Shown piece by piece: positions 40,450-43,856 of a stretch of 43,856 nucleotides of DNA; position 1 is the first letter of the stretch; each line of letters begins with the position of its first letter. The notes beneath the pieces are model-generated. The model made no database searches and was not told the DNA's origin. It was given only the letters and a program-made list of their open reading frames with translations. Position numbers and translations under genes: made by a program. Source of the stretch: a virus; IMG/VR virus record IMGVR_UViG_3300010375_000006, positions 1 to 43,856 of that record. One strand, given 5' to 3'.

Positions 40450-41664
40450 GTGCGCGGTCCATACGTGGGCAAACGGTGGGCAGAGAATCGGACTGTGGGC
40501 AGATTGACCGCTCGGAAGGTGGAGACGCTCAACGAACCGGGGCGTTATTCCGATGGGGACGGCACTGGTTTTCATCTGCGAGTCACGAAGGAAGGCGGCA
40601 AATATTACGTCCTGCGCACTACGGTGCAGGGTGAGCGGAAGGACTTCACGCTTGGTTCGGCCAAGCGAATCACCCTTGCAGCGGCGCGAGCGAAGGCGGC
40701 TCTTATTCAAGAAAGCCTCGATGCTCATGGCAAGGTGCTGCCCACCGAAATGCCCACTTTCGCCGATGCGTCCCGTTCTGCCCACAAGGCGCTCACGGCC
40801 GGGCTCCGGAACATCAAGCATAAAGCGCAATGGCTCTCCACGCTGGAAACATATGCTTTCCCCGTGGTGGGCGATAGGCCGATCAACGAGGTTGAACGCG
40901 CGCACGTCGTTCAGATCCTGTCCCCAATCTGGCTGGAAAAGCGCGAAACGGCCGACAGGACGTTGCAACGCATTGACCGGGTGATGAGCTGGGCTGTCGG
41001 GCATGGATTCCGCAACAGCAGGGTAGACATGGCCTTGGTCCGCGATGCCCTCCCGCGCCGTGGCAGGCGCAAGCGCTCCGAGATACGCCGTATGCCAGCG
41101 GTGCCCTGGGCCGAAGCGCCGGCTTTCTTCGCAGCGATACCAATGAGCCGTAGTGTAATCGAGGTCCGCCTGGCGATGACCTTTTACCTGCTCACCATAC
41201 CAAGGCCGGGCAATATCTATCTCGCCAAGCGCGACCAGATCGACTTGGCTGCCGCTGTGTGGAGCATACCAGACGAGGAAATGAAGGCTGGGGAGCCGCA
41301 TCGCATTCCGCTTTCGCCGGCCGCGGTGGAGGTCGCTCGTTCCATAATGGACATGCACGAACACGAATTGCTGTTCACAGTCTCGGGCAAGCCAATGTCG
41401 CCAGATACGCTTAGGATGATGATGCGTCGGATGGGGCGAACTGAGACACCGCACGGGTTTCGCTCCACCTTCAAGGACTGGGCCAGAGCCTCCGGATACC
41501 CTGACGACCTTAGCGAAATGGCGCTCGCCCATGCCGATCCTAACGAGGTGCGCGCCGCCTACGCGAGAGATGATCTACTCGAAGAACGGCGCCCTATGAT
41601 GCTTGCTTGGTCGGCATATTTGGCAGGGTTTCCGCATACGCGAGCAGGGACTTCACAGGGATGA
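40450..41664 (+). CDS. int: Tyrosine integrase (P4-type, with an N-terminal arm-binding domain)
   Basis: GRLTARKVETL..PGRYSDGDGTGFHLRVTKEGGKYYVLR is the arm-binding N-terminal domain. The C-terminus carries HGFRSTFKDWA...ALAH......AYAR catalytic motifs. The true start may be GTG 40495. Confidence 0.92.
   Translation: MRGPYVGKRWAENRTVGRLTARKVETLNEPGRYSDGDGTGFHLRVTKEGGKYYVLRTTVQGERKDFTLGSAKRITLAAARAKAALIQESLDAHGKVLPTEMPTFADASRSAHKALTAGLRNIKHKAQWLSTLETYAFPVVGDRPINEVERAHVVQILSPIWLEKRETADRTLQRIDRVMSWAVGHGFRNSRVDMALVRDALPRRGRRKRSEIRRMPAVPWAEAPAFFAAIPMSRSVIEVRLAMTFYLLTIPRPGNIYLAKRDQIDLAAAVWSIPDEEMKAGEPHRIPLSPAAVEVARSIMDMHEHELLFTVSGKPMSPDTLRMMMRRMGRTETPHGFRSTFKDWARASGYPDDLSEMALAHADPNEVRAAYARDDLLEERRPMMLAWSAYLAGFPHTRAGTSQG
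40465..40501 (+). promoter_or_regulatory. Arm-type repeat triplet (GTGGGCA x3), right of the attP core
   Basis: Heptamers at 40465, 40476 and 40495. The last one contains the alternative int start GTG 40495. Confidence 0.45.
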
Positions 41665-41800
41665 CCGTGGAGCGGCCCTGTTTCTTGGCCTCGATCTTGC
41701 CGGCGTTGATCAGCTCGTAGAGGTATGTCTTGCCGCACGCGAGCATGGCCGCGCCACGGTCTGGACTGACGAGAATGGGATATTCGTTGTCGTTCATCAC
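41594..41800 (-). CDS. xis: Excisionase / AlpA-family HTH protein
   Basis: LVSPDRGAAMLACGKTYLYELINAGKIEAKKQGRSTVIPVKSLLAY has the MerR-type excisionase layout. It is the last gene of the leftward operon and overlaps the int 3' end. Confidence 0.7.
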   Translation of the reverse strand: MMNDNEYPILVSPDRGAAMLACGKTYLYELINAGKIEAKKQGRSTVIPVKSLLAYAETLPNMPTKQAS

Positions 41801-42321
41801 ATCCCCCTCTTTGAAAGCAGGGCACGGGCTTTGCGGAATTCCTCCGGGTGAGGGGCGGCGCGAACATTCTCGATCCCGCCATAATGGACCCCGCTCGTGA
41901 ACTTGACTGCCGCTTCCGCGAACGGTCTCAGCCCCTCTTCAAGCTCTGAGATGCGGGCGATGAGGCGCGCCCTCTCAGTGGAGGAACTGAAATCCGTGGT
42001 CGGCGGAGAATTGCGAAGAATCGCCCTACAGTGAGAGCATAGCCCGCCCGAAGTCGGGCCGTCGCAGCTTACGCAGACAAATGCCTTACCCTCCTGTGCG
42101 CGGAGATGGTCGCGGAGGGCGAGGCCGAGGGGCGTGAAGCGGAACATGGGATTCCCTATCCCGTCTTGACTCTCCGCGAGCGCCCCAATGGTCACGAGCG
42201 CTCGACACGCACGATGGCGAGCGCCAGCATAGAAGCGATGCGTGGAGATACCCATGGGCTGCGATAGGATCGCCTTCTGCGCCTCCGACAGCCCGGCAGC
42301 CATCCTCTCTACAGCGGTCAT
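41797..42321 (-). CDS. Hypothetical protein with a CxxC..CxxC zinc ribbon (174 aa)
   Basis: FVCVSCDGPTSGGLCSHC. ATGA coupling on both sides. Confidence 0.6.
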   Translation of the reverse strand: MTAVERMAAGLSEAQKAILSQPMGISTHRFYAGARHRACRALVTIGALAESQDGIGNPMFRFTPLGLALRDHLRAQEGKAFVCVSCDGPTSGGLCSHCRAILRNSPPTTDFSSSTERARLIARISELEEGLRPFAEAAVKFTSGVHYGGIENVRAAPHPEEFRKARALLSKRGM

Positions 42322-42557
42322 GACGGCTGCCTCGCTGCGTTGATACAGGCGTGGAAGAACAGGACCGCGGCGTCGGCTTGCTTGCGGAAATTGTCGGCCA
42401 ATCCAGGGTTAAGCTGATCGGCATCCGCCAGAGCCTGAGCCGCGTTCATGCCAGCAGGTGGCTTTGCGCCGATAGCGGCTTTCAGCATGGCCAAGGCGAG
42501 TTCGTCGCGCGGGATTTCGATCCCGAGGAGCGTCCGCTTTGCCTTAGCGGCGCTCAT
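42318..42557 (-). CDS. Hypothetical protein (79 aa)
   Basis: ATG 42557 overlaps the upstream stop (ATGA). Confidence 0.55.
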   Translation of the reverse strand: MSAAKAKRTLLGIEIPRDELALAMLKAAIGAKPPAGMNAAQALADADQLNPGLADNFRKQADAAVLFFHACINAARQPS

Positions 42558-43453
42558 GACGTGGGGTCCGTGCTGAGTGCTGCGAGGTATTCTTTCCAAG
42601 CATCGTCGATGGTCGAAATGCAGGGCCTGCTTGTTTCCTCTGCGATCTGGAAGCCTCGCGCGAAGGCGAATGTGAACGCCTCCCGCGCGCTATCCGGCTG
42701 TGCAGGGCGGAACGGTTTGCCGATCTCAGACTGATCGGGAACGGCAGCGATGGGTAGGCGGCGGAAGAATTCGTCTCGATAGGCGCCCCATGCTTCACCG
42801 ATCGCGATGTCCTCAATCTCGCGCATGGCTTCATCTGCATCAGTCGCATCGTACCCTTCGGGGAATTTTGCGTAGAGGAAGCCCTCGCGGAAGCCGTTAT
42901 AGAACGTGTCACGCCCTGCTTCGTCGGCCGGATCATAGAGTTCATTGTAAGCCTCGACGGTTAGCGGCGCCTCCCGCGTCATGGCGGGCGCTGCTTGCTT
43001 GAGGGATGCTTCGAAGCGGGCAGGTAGAGAAGCGACAAACTGATCAATCGTGTCGTAATGTTCAACATGGGGCAGATGGTGAAACACTGTCTCACGCGGT
43101 CCTATAATAGTCAGCCTGTGCCCAAGAGCCAGTGCGAGACCAAATTCGATATGTCGCCCACCACGTGTATTGCTGCGGGGCTCTTCCATCAGACTGATCG
43201 TCCAATTTGCCGCCCGAACATCGTCCACGTCTTCCAGCGCAAACCTTTGGCGTTCATGATCCTCGGCTTGACGAGATAAGCCAGTCGGTAAAACATGGTC
43301 GCAGTCCGGCTTTACCCAGCGGCTTGTGATCACCGCCCCCCTATCTTTGAGTGCGTGCGCCAGCTGGTTGCATTCCGGACGGCGGCTAAACCGTGCGGCG
43401 ATGTAAATGCATTGGCTCGGCATCAAAGGCTCGCTTGTAGATGCGTTTGTCAT
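42554..43453 (-). CDS. Nucleoside 2-deoxyribosyltransferase-like (Rossmann-like) N-terminal domain fused to an unknown C-terminal domain (299 aa)
   Basis: CIYIAARFSRRPE...ITSRWV...LEDVDDVRAANWTISLMEEPRSNTRGGRHIEFGLALALGHRLTIIG follows the NDT/DUF4406-type pattern as I remember it. ATG 43453 overlaps the PP-loop gene stop (ATGA). Confidence 0.5.
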   Translation of the reverse strand: MTNASTSEPLMPSQCIYIAARFSRRPECNQLAHALKDRGAVITSRWVKPDCDHVLPTGLSRQAEDHERQRFALEDVDDVRAANWTISLMEEPRSNTRGGRHIEFGLALALGHRLTIIGPRETVFHHLPHVEHYDTIDQFVASLPARFEASLKQAAPAMTREAPLTVEAYNELYDPADEAGRDTFYNGFREGFLYAKFPEGYDATDADEAMREIEDIAIGEAWGAYRDEFFRRLPIAAVPDQSEIGKPFRPAQPDSAREAFTFAFARGFQIAEETSRPCISTIDDAWKEYLAALSTDPTS

Positions 43454-43856
43454 GGTGCGATCCTTTCCGACTTCAGGCAATTGACGCACATCGGAGAGAA
43501 CATCTCCGCCGTAAGCGTGTCCCGATCCTTCGGAGGCCTGTCTTCCCAGCCCCACGGATGCCTGTTGCTGATGCGATGTTGCAGCGCCTCGATCCGAGCG
43601 GCCGTGGCGGGGCAAACGCGGCGCACCATCGCCAGCTCACCTTTGTCGGCGAACGCGCCACATAAGCACTCCCCAGACATGCCCAGTTCGATCGCAACAG
43701 GATTGCGTGGCAAGCCGGTGGCCTTAAGATGATGGTAGATGAAAGACTGTCCGGCCCAATACATGGGGTTGACCCACATTTGAGCGCCCTTGAAGTTGAC
43801 CTCGCGCCCTCCGTAGCCGCTCCGCCGGACGCTATCGTCGTGACATATCCCGGTTA
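43450..43856 (-). CDS. PP-loop / PAPS-reductase family protein, 3' part (continues from 124..562 across the circular junction)
   Basis: ...MWVNPMYWAGQSFIYHHLKATGLPRNPVAIELGMSGECLCGAF...RVCPATA...PMCVNCLK. The C-terminus is Cys-rich. Confidence 0.8.
   Translation of the reverse strand, partial: TGICHDDSVRRSGYGGREVNFKGAQMWVNPMYWAGQSFIYHHLKATGLPRNPVAIELGMSGECLCGAFADKGELAMVRRVCPATAARIEALQHRISNRHPWGWEDRPPKDRDTLTAEMFSPMCVNCLKSERIAP
43734..43856. repeat. Terminal direct repeat, copy 2 (identical to 1..123)
   Basis: Same 123-nt string as 1..123. It lies inside the ORF 43450..43779, which continues in frame at window position 124 onward on the minus strand. Confidence 0.95.

Larger units (their letters stand above)
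1..43856. mobile_element. Complete temperate phage genome in circular/attP form (unit length 43,733 bp plus 123-bp terminal redundancy)
   Basis: Integrase, excisionase, CI-like repressor, terminase, portal, capsid and lysis cassette are all present. The ends are identical over 123 bp and rebuild one ORF. The attP core with only a tRNA 3' half lies internally at 40338..40361. Confidence 0.85.

Noticed and set aside
40036-41532. A 498-aa minus-strand ORF covering attP and most of int.
   Set aside because: It opposes an unmistakable tyrosine integrase and runs through the non-coding attP and promoter region. Its composition is not protein-like.
1-43856. The terminal repeats read as attL/attR, LTRs or IS ends. 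Also a search for diversity-generating retroelements, retrons or large defence ATPases, given the BPP-1-like head genes.
   Set aside because: The repeat lies inside and reconstitutes a gene, whereas the real att core is internal. I found no reverse transcriptase, no TR/VR repeat pair near the fibre genes, and no large NTPase or nuclease defence genes on either strand.

Overview
The window is a complete, high-GC temperate phage genome, probably from an alphaproteobacterium (a GcrA-like gene is present). It is in circular (attP) form rather than integrated. Bases 1..123 are identical to 43734..43856, so the unit length is 43,733 bp, and the junction rebuilds one gene.

Layout:
(i) A long, tightly translationally coupled leftward early operon (7136 down to 1, wrapping to 43856 down to 41594). 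It encodes a pentapeptide-repeat protein, several micro-ORFs, two HNH endonucleases, an ERF annealase, a YqaJ exonuclease, a DUF968-like protein, a Lar-like zinc-finger protein, a PP-loop (PAPS-reductase family) protein, a nucleoside-deoxyribosyltransferase-like fusion protein and an excisionase.
(ii) An immunity switch: a CI/LexA-like repressor plus a co-transcribed 88-aa gene, a cro-position gene, and a shared 16-bp operator inside both early promoters.
(iii) A rightward early/replication block (8294..14059) with GcrA-like, RusA, RHH and thermonuclease genes.
(iv) A late operon (14130..38107): TerS, TerL, portal, scaffold, capsid, cement-like protein, tail and fibre genes (SGNH-esterase spike, S74-chaperone fibre, 950-aa internal protein), a lysis cassette (GH19 endolysin, holin candidates, separated spanins) and a terminal clan GH-A-like glycosidase.
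(v) An accessory leftward operon of eight small unknown genes (38104..40009), driven from a palindrome-rich divergent promoter region.
(vi) An RHH gene, an attP core matching a tRNA 3' end and flanked by GTGGGCA arm repeats, and a tyrosine integrase.

A reverse-strand lipoprotein moron interrupts the tail genes. I found no rRNA, complete tRNA, CRISPR array, reverse transcriptase or large defence ATPase. All functional calls rest on motif recognition by eye and on gene context. No database search was possible.
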